Position numbers and translations under genes: made by a program. The notes beneath the pieces are model-generated. The model was not told where the DNA came from. It saw nothing but the letters and a program-made list of their open reading frames with translations, and did no database searches. Shown here one piece after another: positions 1 through 13,542 of a stretch of 64,000 nt of DNA. Position 1 is the stretch's first letter, and each line of letters begins with the position of its first letter. This DNA comes from Dictyostelium discoideum. Its lineage: Eukaryota. The stretch lies in the NCBI GenBank assembly GCA_000004695.1, contig CM000155.2:32001-96000 (forward strand), in the 5' to 3' direction.

Positions 1-52
1 TAAAATTCATCTATTTTTTTTTTAAAAAAAAAAAAAATTAGTTATCTTTGTG

Positions 53-113
<61 letters not shown>

Positions 114-136
114 AAATCTCTTTAAAAAATACTTAC

Positions 137-2467
137 TATCTGGGAAAGAAGAGTGGCAATTGCTGCATACAAAACATTCTGAATGAAAAGTATTATTCAT
201 TGCTGAAACAACAGTACCATAGATTGGTTTTTCACAAACATTACAGATTTTGTGAACAACGAATTTTCTATCATAACAAACTTCACAAAATGGTTGACCT
301 TCATGAGAAACAAAGTTTTGGATACCAGTATTACATTCAACACATGTAAAATGTTCAATATGCCATGCTTGATCTAATGCTTTGAAATGATTTCCTTCAA
401 TGCCTCCACCACATCTTGCACATACTAATTCACCATTTTCACCATCCAATTTTCTTGGTGATTTATTGAGACTATTGGATGAGTTTTGATGTGAAATTGG
501 TGGTGGATTTGGTTTATGTGAATCTTGTTCTTTATGAATATGATTTGTAGCTGTTGTTTTTTGTTGATGTTGATGTTGATGTTGTTGATGTTGATGTTGA
601 TGTTGTATTTCAGGTGCTGGTGTTGGTGCAGAATGAGTATGTTTATGTTCTGGTTCTTTTGGAATGGTTGGTGGTGGAATTGGAACTGGTGATGGAGTTG
701 GTTTTGCATCATTGTTTTCATTATTTGGTTGAGGTTTTGCAATTGGTGGTGGAATATTGAAAACTGCAGGTGTTTTTGGTGATGATGTATTAGTTGGAGT
801 GGTTGGATTTGAAGTATTAGCTGGTATAGTGGATGATGCTGGCACTGGTGCTGGTGTAGAAGCATTGACAGCAGCCGGTTTTTTAGCGGATGAAACTACT
901 GGAGCAGGTTTCATTGTTGGTGTAGCAGAAGATGTAACAACCTTCTTTGGTGGTGCCACTTGAACTGATGCACTTTGAACTACTTTACCAATTGGTGATA
1001 TTGGGCCAGAGCCTGGTTTGACCCAATTGGCTGGTGTGCCACCTGCTGGTTTTGAAATATTACTAGTTGTGGTAACTTTTGGTGGTGCAGTAGTAGTTGA
1101 TGATGATGATGATGATGTGGTATGAGTAGTGGTGGTTGGTGTATGTTTAACAGTTGTAGAAGTGGCAGTAGTAGTAATAGTATTTGTAGGAGTATGTTTA
1201 GTACCATCACCTGGTAAAATTGTATGTTCACTAACAACACCACTATCATTTGCTGAAGGTTGTGGCCCATTTGAATCATGGCTTGGTTTTTGGATTGGTG
1301 GTGGTATATCTATAACTGGTTTTGGTGGTGATGACGATGATGATGATGATGATGATGATGAAGTATTGGTGACAGGTGGAGTTGGTTTGGCAGTTGGTTC
1401 AGATGTAGTTCCAGCTGGTTTAGAAACTGGTGCACTTGGTTTAGCTGATACCTTGCTAATGACTGGAGCCTTTGAAATTACTGGTGCTGGTCTTAAAACA
1501 CCTGTAGATTGTTTAACAACTGGTTTTGAAATTGATATTGATGGTTTTGCAGTTGGTGTTGCGGTTGGTGCTGATGGCTTGAGTGGAGTTTGAATTGGTT
1601 TTGTTGTTGTGGTGGTTGTTGTGGAAGTAGTGTTTGTTGATGATACAGTTGTTGATGGTGTTGATTCTGCTGCAGTTCCCTAAAAAAAAAAAAAAAATAA
1701 AAAAATAAAAATGAAAAATAGAAGAAAACTGTTAATTCCTTTCTTTTTTTTTTTTTTTCTTTATTTCAAATTATTGATTCCTATTAACTTTAGTATTATT
1801 GATTGATTATTTTGAAAAATTGGTTTTGCTGGATTTGAATTAAATTGATTTAAATTAAGAAAATTTTTGCTTTTTTTTTTTTTTTTTTTCTTTTATTTTA
1901 TTTTATTTTTTTCTTTTTTTTTTTTTTTTTTTTTTTTCTTTTGTTTTGTGGTAATTAAAATTATTTACCTTTGTACTTCTTAATTTTGGCATTCCTCCTG
2001 AAAATATATCACCAAAGCCTTTTGGTCCATTTCCAGCTGGTTTAGATGATGAAACTCCAATTGATCCTGATGAAGCTCCTGAAGGTGGTGGTTTTGAATC
2101 TAGAATTAAAGGAAGGATTTTGTTAACATTTTATTTTGAGAATTTTTAAAACAATAAAAAAAAAAAAAAAAAAAAAAAAAAACAGGAAATTTTTATTTTC
2201 GTTTTCATGTTTTTTTTTTTTTTTTCCAATGTCAAAAAGTCTTATTTTTTTTTTTTTTGATTTTTTTTTTTTGGATTAAATTTCAAAAAAAATCTTACCA
2301 GCAGGTTTCTTTTCGTTTGTTTTAACTTTTTTTAATTTGCTTGAACTAAAACCTTCAATGGAACCCAATAAAGCTGATCTTCCTGGAGCGGATGATTTGC
2401 TTACAGGTGGTGGAGGTGGTGGTGCTGGTGCTGGTGGTGGAGGTGGAGGTGCAACTACTTCAGACAT
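137..2467 (-). CDS. WH2 (x2) / Pro-Ser-Thr-rich / LIM-domain protein. Exons in window are 2299..2467, 1969..2099 and 137..1679. The last LIM domain is interrupted by a GTAAGT donor at 131-136, so the 3' exon or exons lie beyond the window start.
   Basis: Exon 1 begins MSEVVAPPPPPPAPAPPPPPP and then RSALLGSIEGFSSSKLKKV, a verprolin/WASP-type WH2 motif. A GTAAGA donor follows at 2293-2298. Exon 2 encodes a second WH2-like stretch, GDIFSGGMPKLRSTK, ending at a GTAAAT donor. Exon 3 follows a poly-T plus AG acceptor at 1680-1681 and is open in one frame from 1679 to 42 (S/T/P-rich). It ends in CARC..HFTCVEC..CEVC and CNVC..HSECFVCSNC, LIM consensus C-x2-C-x16-23-H-x2-C-x2-C-x2-C. The track ORF 42..959 is its Met-less C-terminal part (the track's 'M' is GTG). 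Confidence 0.6.
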
Positions 2468-2544
2468 ATTGTTAACAGTTATGTATTGTTATTTATTAAA
2501 ATTTTATTATTTATTGTTATAGCCTTTAATTATTATAAAGAAGA

Positions 2545-2582
<38 letters not shown>

Positions 2583-3063
2583 AGTGAAAATAAAAAAAAA
2601 AAATAGAAAAAAAATAAATTAAAAAAATAAATAATAAATGATAGAAAAAGGTGGGTTTGTTTGTGGTGATTTGTGTGATTGTATTTTTTTTTTTTTAAAA
2701 AAATAATTTTTGAATTTTTTAAATAATTTTTTTAATTTTTTGTTTTTTTAATTTTTTTTTTTTTTATTTTTCTGAAATGAAATGGGTTTTTTAATTTTAT
2801 TTGAAAATTTTCTAATTTTAAAAATAAAAATGGAAAAAAATAATTAATCAAAAAAAAAAAAAAAATTCCAATAAGGAAATTAATAATAAAAATAAAATAA
2901 AAAATAAAAAATAAAAATAGAATTAATGACCGATTTCTTTTTAATATGACATTATTATTTATTTTATTTTTTTATTTTACACTTTATTGATTTATTTTTA
3001 TTTTATTTTTAATTTTTCATTATTATTTATTTTTTTATTATTTTATTAATTTTTTTTAATTAT

Positions 3064-4752
3064 TTATATATTAACATTAATTTCTTCATAATCTTCATGA
3101 TTAAACTCTTCCTCATCTTCTTCGTCCTCACTACCATGATAAATAACACTAACACTTTCTTCATCATATGATGCCTCTCTTTCAGAGCTTTGAAGTGGTG
3201 ATTTTTGTTGACCTATACTAATGGTACTTCTATTTACGTTATTAGTTGGTTTAATATTTAAACTACTTCCAGTTTTGGTAGTAGTTGAGGTATTGGGTTG
3301 TGTTGTAGTTGGAGTTGTTGGAGTAGTTTTCGATATATTATCACCAATTTTTTTATTTGGAGATGGTGTTGTTGGTTTTGGTGGAGGATTTTTATTATTA
3401 TTTTGTTGTTGTTGTTGTTGTTGTTGTTGAAGGAAAGGAGAGCTTACTTTACCAACCTTAGTAGTAGTATTATTATTATTATTATTATTATTAATAGGAG
3501 AGGGAGCTATAGTTCCATTGCTAACATTATTTGCAGGTGGATATCTATTTAAAACACTTTTATTACCAGGCACTCTTCTTGTTGAACCAGCAGCACCACC
3601 AGCACCGCTACTATGAGAAGGTGGTGGTGGTTGTGGATTTTTGTTACGCATGATGGAAGCGGTTTTTGTATTTGAATTTAAGATGACAACAGAACCCTTT
3701 AAAGATTCAGCGTTTCTAACATTTGTTAAAGCTTGAGAGGCTCTAGTTGGTACACTTGAGACCATTTTACTACCACTACTATTTCTTTGTTGTTCTTGTT
3801 CTTCGAGTTGTCTAATTTTTTCAGCACGCTTCTCTTTGAGTAGAGGTATTGATTCATTGACTAATTTTTGTAGAATTTGTTGAGAGGAACCTTTGAGAAT
3901 AAAAGGATGACTTAACAATTGTTGAGCAGAAGGACGAAGTGCAGGATTCATTGAGAGACATTGCTTAACAAAGTCATTAAACTCTGGTGACCAATCAGAG
4001 GGTATCTTAAGGGAAGGTGGTGGTTGATGAGGTATGGTAAAGATTACACGTGAAGGTGGTACATCGAATCTTGGTGGTACCAATTCGGCGATTTCAATTG
4101 CGGTGATACCCAATGACCAAATGTCAGCCTTTTGATCATAACCTTGACCCATAATGATCTCTGGTGCCATCCAATAGGGTGAACCAATAACAGTGTTCAT
4201 TTTTTGACCTTGTTCAGCGATCGTTGATACACCGAAATCGGCTAATTTAGGTAAACCTTCTTCGTCCAATAAAACGTTACCAGCTTTGATATCACGATGA
4301 GTGGTACGTTTTGAATGAAGATAAACCAATCCCTTTACAACACCTGCACAAACTGCTGCAATCTCTTCCTCTATCAATCTTTTACCACATAACTCTATAA
4401 TATCCAATAATGAACCACCCTTACAATATTCCATAACAATTAAAAGCATAGATGACTTTAAATAACAACCTTTATACTCTACAATGTATGGACAATCCAT
4501 TGATTCCTTCAAAATGTCAATCTCTTTCACTAAATTCAAATTGGTCTCTACATCATCTGCATTAACCTCTACAAATTTACATGCTATCAATCTATTGCCA
4601 TTGGATTCTCTATCCTTCTTTTTCATCCATCTACATGCACAAACTGTACCAAATGATCCTGATCCAACTACTTCTACAATTTGAAATATTGCTTCTGGAT
4701 CATCCTTTGATATTCTTGAAATAAATAAATTTTCAACCGAATCTGAATTCAT
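3064..4752 (-). CDS. STE20-family (GCK-like) Ser/Thr protein kinase, single exon, 562 aa
   Basis: ATG at 4750-4752. The N-terminal kinase domain carries VGSGSFGTV (Gly loop), a conserved Lys in ACKFV, HRDIKAGNVLL, DFGVS and GSPYWMAPE, the STE20 signature. The C-terminal half is low complexity with poly-Q and poly-N. Confidence 0.85.
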   Translation of the reverse strand: MNSDSVENLFISRISKDDPEAIFQIVEVVGSGSFGTVCACRWMKKKDRESNGNRLIACKFVEVNADDVETNLNLVKEIDILKESMDCPYIVEYKGCYLKSSMLLIVMEYCKGGSLLDIIELCGKRLIEEEIAAVCAGVVKGLVYLHSKRTTHRDIKAGNVLLDEEGLPKLADFGVSTIAEQGQKMNTVIGSPYWMAPEIIMGQGYDQKADIWSLGITAIEIAELVPPRFDVPPSRVIFTIPHQPPPSLKIPSDWSPEFNDFVKQCLSMNPALRPSAQQLLSHPFILKGSSQQILQKLVNESIPLLKEKRAEKIRQLEEQEQQRNSSGSKMVSSVPTRASQALTNVRNAESLKGSVVILNSNTKTASIMRNKNPQPPPPSHSSGAGGAAGSTRRVPGNKSVLNRYPPANNVSNGTIAPSPINNNNNNNNTTTKVGKVSSPFLQQQQQQQQQNNNKNPPPKPTTPSPNKKIGDNISKTTPTTPTTTQPNTSTTTKTGSSLNIKPTNNVNRSTISIGQQKSPLQSSEREASYDEESVSVIYHGSEDEEDEEEFNHEDYEEINVNI

Positions 4753-5047
4753 TTTTTTTTTTTTTTTTTTCTTTAAAAAAATTTTTTTTTTTTTTTTTTT
4801 TCCAAGTTTTATTTATCTCTTTGTTTTATTATCTCTTTATTTTATTATATTTTTATTTTATCTTTATTTTATTATATATTTATTTTATTATCTCTTTGTT
4901 TTATTTTTTTTTTTTTCCTTTATTGTTATTAAAAAAAAAAAAAAAAAAAAATTTCTTTTTTTTTTGTTTTTTTAATTTAATTAATTATTTGCTTCTATTG
5001 AATTACTATTACAATTATTATTAACACTATTGTTACAAGGAATTTTT

Positions 5048-5087
<40 letters not shown>

Positions 5088-5316
5088 CCTTTTTTATTAT
5101 TATTTTATATGTGGATTGAATTTTAAAAGATTTTTAAAATTTTTTTTTTTTTTTTATAATTTTAAAAAAAAAAAAAAATAATAATAATAATCAAAATTTT
5201 AAATAGGTTTATTGTACAAAATAGAATGATATAGTAATATATGTTACAGGTATAAAGCAATAAGTAAAGCCAAAAAAAAAAAAAAAAAAAAAATCAGTTT
5301 AAACTTGAAAAAAAAT

Positions 5317-5352
<36 letters not shown>

Positions 5353-5381
5353 TTTTATTTTTTTTTTTTGCCCACTCCTAA

Positions 5382-5414
<33 letters not shown>

Positions 5415-5773
5415 TTTTTATCACACTCATACAATATTGTACATTAAAAATAAAAAAAAATAAAATAAAATATATACATAAAAAAAATAATAAAAATCTT
5501 AAGAAGGGATAGATATTATTAATAAATAAGATAAATTCAATTTGTAATATAATATAAATAAAGAATATAATCAATCAAAATCAATCAATCAAAAAAAAAA
5601 ATAAATAAATAAAAAATAAAATAAAAAGTAAAAATAAAAAAAATAAATAGATACAATTAAATTAATATATATAATAAAAGTAATAAAAAAACTAAATTAA
5701 AAAAAAATAAAATAAAAATAAAATAAAATAAAATAAAATAAAATAAAATAAAAAAAAAATAAAAAAAAAGAAA
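4753..5773. promoter_or_regulatory. Divergent intergenic region between the STE20-like kinase (-) and spg1 (+) start codons
   Basis: About 1 kb of more than 90% A+T with long homopolymers. Both flanking genes start here. Confidence 0.25.
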
Positions 5774-6385
5774 ATGTCTGAAGAACAATTTACAGGATCA
5801 TCAGATACAAAAAAGAATAATGTCGTTGTTAAGGTTGGTATGGTAGGAGATTCACAAATCGGTAAGACATCATTGATGGTAAAATATGTTGAAGGTACAT
5901 TTGATGAAGATTATATTCAAACATTGGGTGTTAATTTTATGGAGAAAACAATTTCAATTCGTGGTACAGAGATCACATTCTCAATTTGGGATTTGGGTGG
6001 CCAAAGAGAGTTTGTAAACATGTTACCATTGGTTTGTAATGACGCCGTTGCCATTTTGTTTATGTTTGATTTATCTAGAAAGTCCACTTTAAACTCTGTC
6101 AAAGAATGGTATAGACAAGCAAGAGGTTTCAATAAAACTGCCATTCCATTCCTCATTGGTACCAAGTTCGATGTCTTTGCCACTAAACCAATCGAAGAAC
6201 AAGAGGAAATTACCAAACAAGCTCGTAAATTCGCTTCTGCCATGAAATCACCTCTCATCTTTTGTTCAACTTCTCACTCTATCAATGTTCAAAAAATTTT
6301 TAAAATTGTAATCAGTAAAGCCTTTGATTTAAATTGTACTATACCAAAAGTTGTAGGTGTCGGTGAACCACTTTTAGAATATTAA
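5774..6385 (+). CDS. spg1: Spg1/Tem1-type septation-initiation-network small GTPase, single exon, 203 aa
   Basis: ATG at 5774. It has GDSQIGKTSLMVKYVEGTFDEDYIQTLGVNFMEKTISIRGTEITFSIWDLGGQREF..LVCNDAVAILFMFDLSRKSTLNS..GTKFD. This matches fission-yeast Spg1 nearly residue for residue over the G-domain. Confidence 0.85.
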   Translation: MSEEQFTGSSDTKKNNVVVKVGMVGDSQIGKTSLMVKYVEGTFDEDYIQTLGVNFMEKTISIRGTEITFSIWDLGGQREFVNMLPLVCNDAVAILFMFDLSRKSTLNSVKEWYRQARGFNKTAIPFLIGTKFDVFATKPIEEQEEITKQARKFASAMKSPLIFCSTSHSINVQKIFKIVISKAFDLNCTIPKVVGVGEPLLEY

Positions 6386-6474
6386 GAAAAAATAATAAAA
6401 TTTAAAAAAATAAAATAAATAATTATTTAAAATAAAATATAAATATACATATATTTAAAGTTTATAAATTAGAA

Positions 6475-6510
<36 letters not shown>

Positions 6511-6540
6511 AATTTTTATTTATTTTTATTTTATTTTATT

Positions 6541-7827
6541 TTATTCATCTTCTAAAATATCTCTAGCATCATAATATTCTTGAAGTAAACGATAGATATA
6601 GGATGGATTATGACCACCTATATTTGTTATGAATAAACTAACGAGATCTGGTGCAACATAATCAAAGGTTGGATTATAACTGTGAACATTTTCTAAAAAT
6701 TCTGCTTCTTCAAATTTTAAATATTCACCTGGTGAACCAAAATTATTGAATGTATCTTGATCATATGCATATAATGGACAGAGTTTATAAAGACCAGTAC
6801 AAACCACTATTGGTACAGAGTGATATTTAGCAGCTACAGCCAATGTATGTGTACCAGAGGTAGCAATTAAACCACCATTGGCCATTACTGCATGTGTACC
6901 AATAATAACTTTATTAACACGTGACATCATTGCAAATACTGCTGAATCTGTAATTAATGTTGTATCGATTGATGCTTTTGATAATGAAATTGCTGTTTTT
7001 TGACCTTCAAGTCTTTTATTTTTTTTTTTTTTTTTTTTTTTTTTTATTTTTAGAATTAAAAATAATAGAGAATTAATAAATTTTTTTAAAATAAATGATT
7101 GATTATAGAATTTTAAAAATTTTGATACATACGATGGAGCAGTTTCAACAACAATAACTTTAAAACTTCTTTTTCTAGCAGCTTCTTTTAAGAATTCTTC
7201 AACGGTTCTTGAACAACCTAAAGTCATGATGGTTTCATTTGAATGAATATGTTCAATTGCTTGTTCAGCAACATTTCTATGAAGACCTTCTAATTCATCA
7301 ATTAATTCATTGATACTATCCATGATTGCAGCTTTTAATCTTGGGAATGTTTCAGTGAAATCGATATCTTCTTGATCATCAATTGGATCGTCTTGTAACA
7401 TAACATTACTATATTTATTATTTTTATTGATATTACTACTACTATTAATATTATTATTATTATTGTTGTTGTTGTTATTACTGGTAGTAGTTTCAAAATC
7501 ATCATCATCATAATCATCATTATTTAAACCATTCTTTTTATTTCTAAAAAATGTTAAATATTCTTCTCTAATTATAAATAATACTCTTCTAACTATGTTA
7601 CCAATACAAAATTCTAATGGTTGTGCATTCATTAACTTTTTACCAATTATTTTGATTTGATCAATCAATGATTTTGCATTTCCCCATTTACCTTTATGTA
7701 CCCATTGTCTAAGTAATTCTGCAGAGGCTCTTGATACTTGATATGATCCAACAACTGTTTTTCTCTTTAAATGTAATATAAATGATTCTAATTGTTTCTC
7801 TAATTGTTTTTCCGCTTGTTTCTCCAT
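6541..7827 (-). CDS. eif2b2: Translation initiation factor eIF2B beta subunit. Exons are 7133..7827 and 6541..7012, with intron 7013..7132 (GTATGT donor, poly-T plus AG acceptor).
   Basis: The N-terminus LESFILHLKR...NIVRRVLFIIREEY parallels human EIF2B2 (ESFVETLKR...NMVRRVLKIIREEY). The C-terminus carries the IF-2B family core LITDSAVFAMMSRVNKVIIGTHAVMANGG. The continuous track ORF reads through the intron as KKKKKKKK; splicing TC|gtatgt..ag|A restores APS-LEGQ. Confidence 0.85.
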   Translation of the reverse strand: MEKQAEKQLEKQLESFILHLKRKTVVGSYQVSRASAELLRQWVHKGKWGNAKSLIDQIKIIGKKLMNAQPLEFCIGNIVRRVLFIIREEYLTFFRNKKNGLNNDDYDDDDFETTTSNNNNNNNNNNINSSSNINKNNKYSNVMLQDDPIDDQEDIDFTETFPRLKAAIMDSINELIDELEGLHRNVAEQAIEHIHSNETIMTLGCSRTVEEFLKEAARKRSFKVIVVETAPSYVSKFLKFYNQSFILKKFINSLLFLILKIKKKKKKKKNKRLEGQKTAISLSKASIDTTLITDSAVFAMMSRVNKVIIGTHAVMANGGLIATSGTHTLAVAAKYHSVPIVVCTGLYKLCPLYAYDQDTFNNFGSPGEYLKFEEAEFLENVHSYNPTFDYVAPDLVSLFITNIGGHNPSYIYRLLQEYYDARDILEDE

Positions 7828-8028
7828 TCTTTTTTTTATCTATTAATAATAATAATAATAATATCCCAATATTTCTATTGTTATGAAAAATAAAAAAAAT
7901 AAAAAAATAAAAAATAAAAAAAAATAAAAAAAAAAAGTGACAAATTTGAAAATTTTTTTTTTTTTTTTTTTAAGTTTTCCATTAATTTTAACAAATTCAA
8001 TGAGAAAAATAAAAAAAATAACGAATCA
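7828..8028. promoter_or_regulatory. Short shared 5' intergenic region of the divergent eIF2B-beta (-) and DTD (+) genes; putative bidirectional promoter
   Basis: Only 201 bp of AT-rich sequence, with oligo-dT/dA runs, separates the two start codons. Confidence 0.3.
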
Positions 8029-8659
8029 ATGAAAGCAATTATACAAAGAGTTAAAAGTTCATCTGTAACAGTAGAGGGTGAAGTTATATCAGAGATTAAA
8101 CAAGGACTTATGTGTTTAATTGGTATTGGGAGAGATGATACCAAAGAGGATGCTGAGTACATCACCAGAAAGATATTAAATTTACGTCTTTGGAAAAATG
8201 AAGATGGCACAAAGAATTGGGATAGAAGTGTCCAACAAATGGACTATGAAATTTTATTCGTAAGTCAATTCACACTCTTTGCTCAATTAAAAGGAAATAA
8301 ACAATCCTATCATCTTGCTATGGCTCCAGAATTATCAAAACAATTTTATTTAGATTTTTTAGAAAATGCTAAAAAATCTTATAAACCTGAAAAAATTAAA
8401 GGTATTTTTATTTTTATTTTTATTTTTCATTTAATTTTTTGTTTTGGTTTTTTTATTTTCACAATTCTTTATTTTAAAAATAATTAATCTAACTTTTATA
8501 ATAAAATAAATAAATTTATTTATTCTTTTTTAAATAATTGTTAAAAAAAAAAAAAAAAAAAATATTTGTAAATTAGATGGAAGATTTGGAGCAATGATGG
8601 ATGTTCAATTAATTAATGATGGTCCTGTTACTATTCAATTAGACTCTAAAGAGAAATAA
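8029..8659 (+). CDS. dtd: D-tyrosyl-tRNA(Tyr) deacylase (DTD). Exons are 8029..8401 and 8577..8659.
   Basis: [37 protein letters not shown]...SQFTLFA is the DTD family N-terminus. The donor is G|GTATTT at 8402 and the acceptor is aattAG at 8575-8576. Exon 2 encodes [27 protein letters not shown], the conserved NDGPVT C-terminal motif, then TAA. Confidence 0.85.
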
Positions 8660-9616
8660 TAATTTTTTTTTTTTAACAATTATTTTTTAAAAAAAAAAAA
8701 AAAAAAAAAAAAGCCAATTGATCAAAGATATTATCATTTTTATTAATTTTTTTTTTTTTTTTTTACATCAAAATAATTGTTTAAAAAAAAAACATTTGAT
8801 TTTTATTTTTCATTTTTTTTTTTTAAACAATTATTTATTTTAAATTTTTCAAAAAAATAATATTTAAAATAAAAAATATACCAATTCAATTTTTTTATTT
8901 TTTTTTTTATAAAATCTATTTTTTTATATAAATAAAAATATATTACATTTTGTTCCTCGAAATACAAAAAATGAATGGTAAATAATTAAATTCTAAAAAT
9001 AAAATTTTTGGTTTAAAAAAAAAAAACAAAATGGTTAAACTCATTTTCTTTTTTTTATATTTTATATCATTTGTATTTTTGAATATTTTACTTTTCTATA
9101 CTAAATTCATATCAAAAATAAATAAAATTAAACCATAACGTTAAAAAAAAATAAAATAAAATAAAATAAAAGAAAAATAAAATGAAAAATAAAAAAAAAT
9201 AAATAAAAATCAGCAAACTTTTAAAATTGGACCTGTTTACCAGGGTTGGGAATATTTTTATTTTTATTTTTAATTTTTTTAAATTTTTATTTTTTTTGCT
9301 ACTTTTTATTTTTTTATTTTTGTTTTTTTTTATTTTTATTTTTGAAAACCACCAGCATAGGTGAAGTAATGTTATACTAAAATCGTTAAAAGATAGTTCA
9401 CAATAAAAATAAAAAATTTTAAATAAAAAATTTTAAATAAAAAAAAATAAACAAAATAAAAATTAAGCAGTTTTAGTTATTTCTTTTTTTTTTATTTTTT
9501 TATTATTTATTTTTTTATTTTTTTATTTTAAATTTAATTTTCACACCAAAACACCAAAAAAAAAAAAAAAAAAAAAACAAAAAAACAAATAAATAAAGTT
9601 TTAAAAAAAAACAAGA

Positions 9617-12215
<2,599 letters not shown>

Positions 12216-12333
12216 TAATTAATATTAATAATTAAATTATAAATAAATAGTAATTAATAGTAATAAACTATTATTTTACAACAATAACCTTTATTTAATT
12301 TTTTTTATTTTATTTTTTTTTTTATTTTTTTTT

Positions 12334-12966
12334 TTATTTTTTTAATACAGATTGAATTGAAGTGAAAGATTCAGGTATTGAGATATGATGTTTATATAAT
12401 GATTTTGATTTTTTCCAAGTATCAAGTGTTCCACCACCAAGTGGTGCAGGACCAACAGCTCCTGTAAAAGCAACTAAAAAATCAGACTGTTTAGCGATAC
12501 TTGTGTTTCTATTTTTAAAGCCAAATTCTGAATTATCTAAAATTGCACCCAATTCTTTGGCTTTTATTAAATCAAGTATTGTATCTCTTCCAATTTGTTT
12601 GCTAAAGTTTGAATGATATCCATTGGTTATTACACCATTTGGATGTTCAACATCAAATCGATATTGTGTTATTTTCTCATCAACTTTATAACCAACGATT
12701 AAACATGGTAAATGGATAATAAGTTTACAAGTTGTTGGGTTTTTTAAAAAATAATCAACTGCAACATGATCACTCCATGCCGCACCCCCACTTATTAATG
12801 TTATATTGTTTAGTTCTATCTTGTGTTGTGTTTCTAAATTATTAAGATATTGCCGAAATGTATCACACAAATAATCAAAATGTTTACTATTTAATGGTCT
12901 TGATTTATCTCTACCTGTTGTCCCAATTACCCCAATTGTGGTTGACTTTGCTTCTAATGATGCCAT
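12334..12966 (-). CDS. YpsA/SLOG-like (DprA/LOG-superfamily Rossmann) protein, intronless, 210 aa
   Basis: Three motifs align with Bacillus YpsA (DUF1273): IGVIGTTGRDK with ITGxRP, ISGGAAWSDHVAVDYFL with the GxAxGxDxxAA motif, and LIIHLPC / FLVAFTGAVGPAPLGGGTLDTWKKSK with VLPC / LLAVWDGSxGGT. The gene is a single ORF with AT-rich codon usage. Confidence 0.45.
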   Translation of the reverse strand: MASLEAKSTTIGVIGTTGRDKSRPLNSKHFDYLCDTFRQYLNNLETQHKIELNNITLISGGAAWSDHVAVDYFLKNPTTCKLIIHLPCLIVGYKVDEKITQYRFDVEHPNGVITNGYHSNFSKQIGRDTILDLIKAKELGAILDNSEFGFKNRNTSIAKQSDFLVAFTGAVGPAPLGGGTLDTWKKSKSLYKHHISIPESFTSIQSVLKK

Positions 12967-13542
12967 TGATTTTATTGTTTACTTTTATTTTTGTTTTTTT
13001 TTTTAATAATGTTTTTATGTTTGCATTTATTTTAATAATAAAAAAATAAAAAAAATCAAGGTTTAAGAACAAAAAAATTAAGAAAAAAATAAAAAAATAA
13101 AAAAAATGGAATCAATTTAAATTGGTTTTCTCAAATAATTCTGAGGGGAAAAAAAAAAAAATAAAAATAATAACCAAAAAATTATAAATAAAAAAAACCA
13201 TTAAAAAATAACCAAAATCCCTGGTGAAATTTTATTTTTATTTATTTTTTTTTTTTTATTTTTTTTTTATTTTTTTTTTATTTTTTTTTTTATTTTTTTG
13301 CACTGTTTCAAACAATACTAAGTTTATTCACACCACCAAGATTTGTTTAGTTTTTTTTTTTCTGTTTTTTTTTTATATATCGAAATTTTTTTTTTTTTTA
13401 ATTAACAAAAATAAATAAAAAAAAATTAAACGAAACTATAAATAAAATAAATTAAAATAAAATAAAAAAAAATAAACTATAAATAAAATAAAAATAAAAA
13501 AAATAGAACAAATAAATATATTTATATATATAAAAAAAATCT

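Noticed and set aside
554-1593. Plus-strand ORFs 554..760, 757..963 and 1129..1593
   Set aside because: They are antisense or shifted frames of the minus-strand Ser/Thr/Pro-rich and LIM coding exon. They have repetitive V/G/D composition and no motif.
3221-3552. Plus-strand ORFs 3221..3430 and 3298..3552 (poly-C/L/I)
   Set aside because: They are antisense of the kinase low-complexity tail, a homopolymer translation artefact.
5917-6258. Minus ORF 5917..6258 inside spg1
   Set aside because: It is antisense of a well-supported GTPase CDS and has no features.
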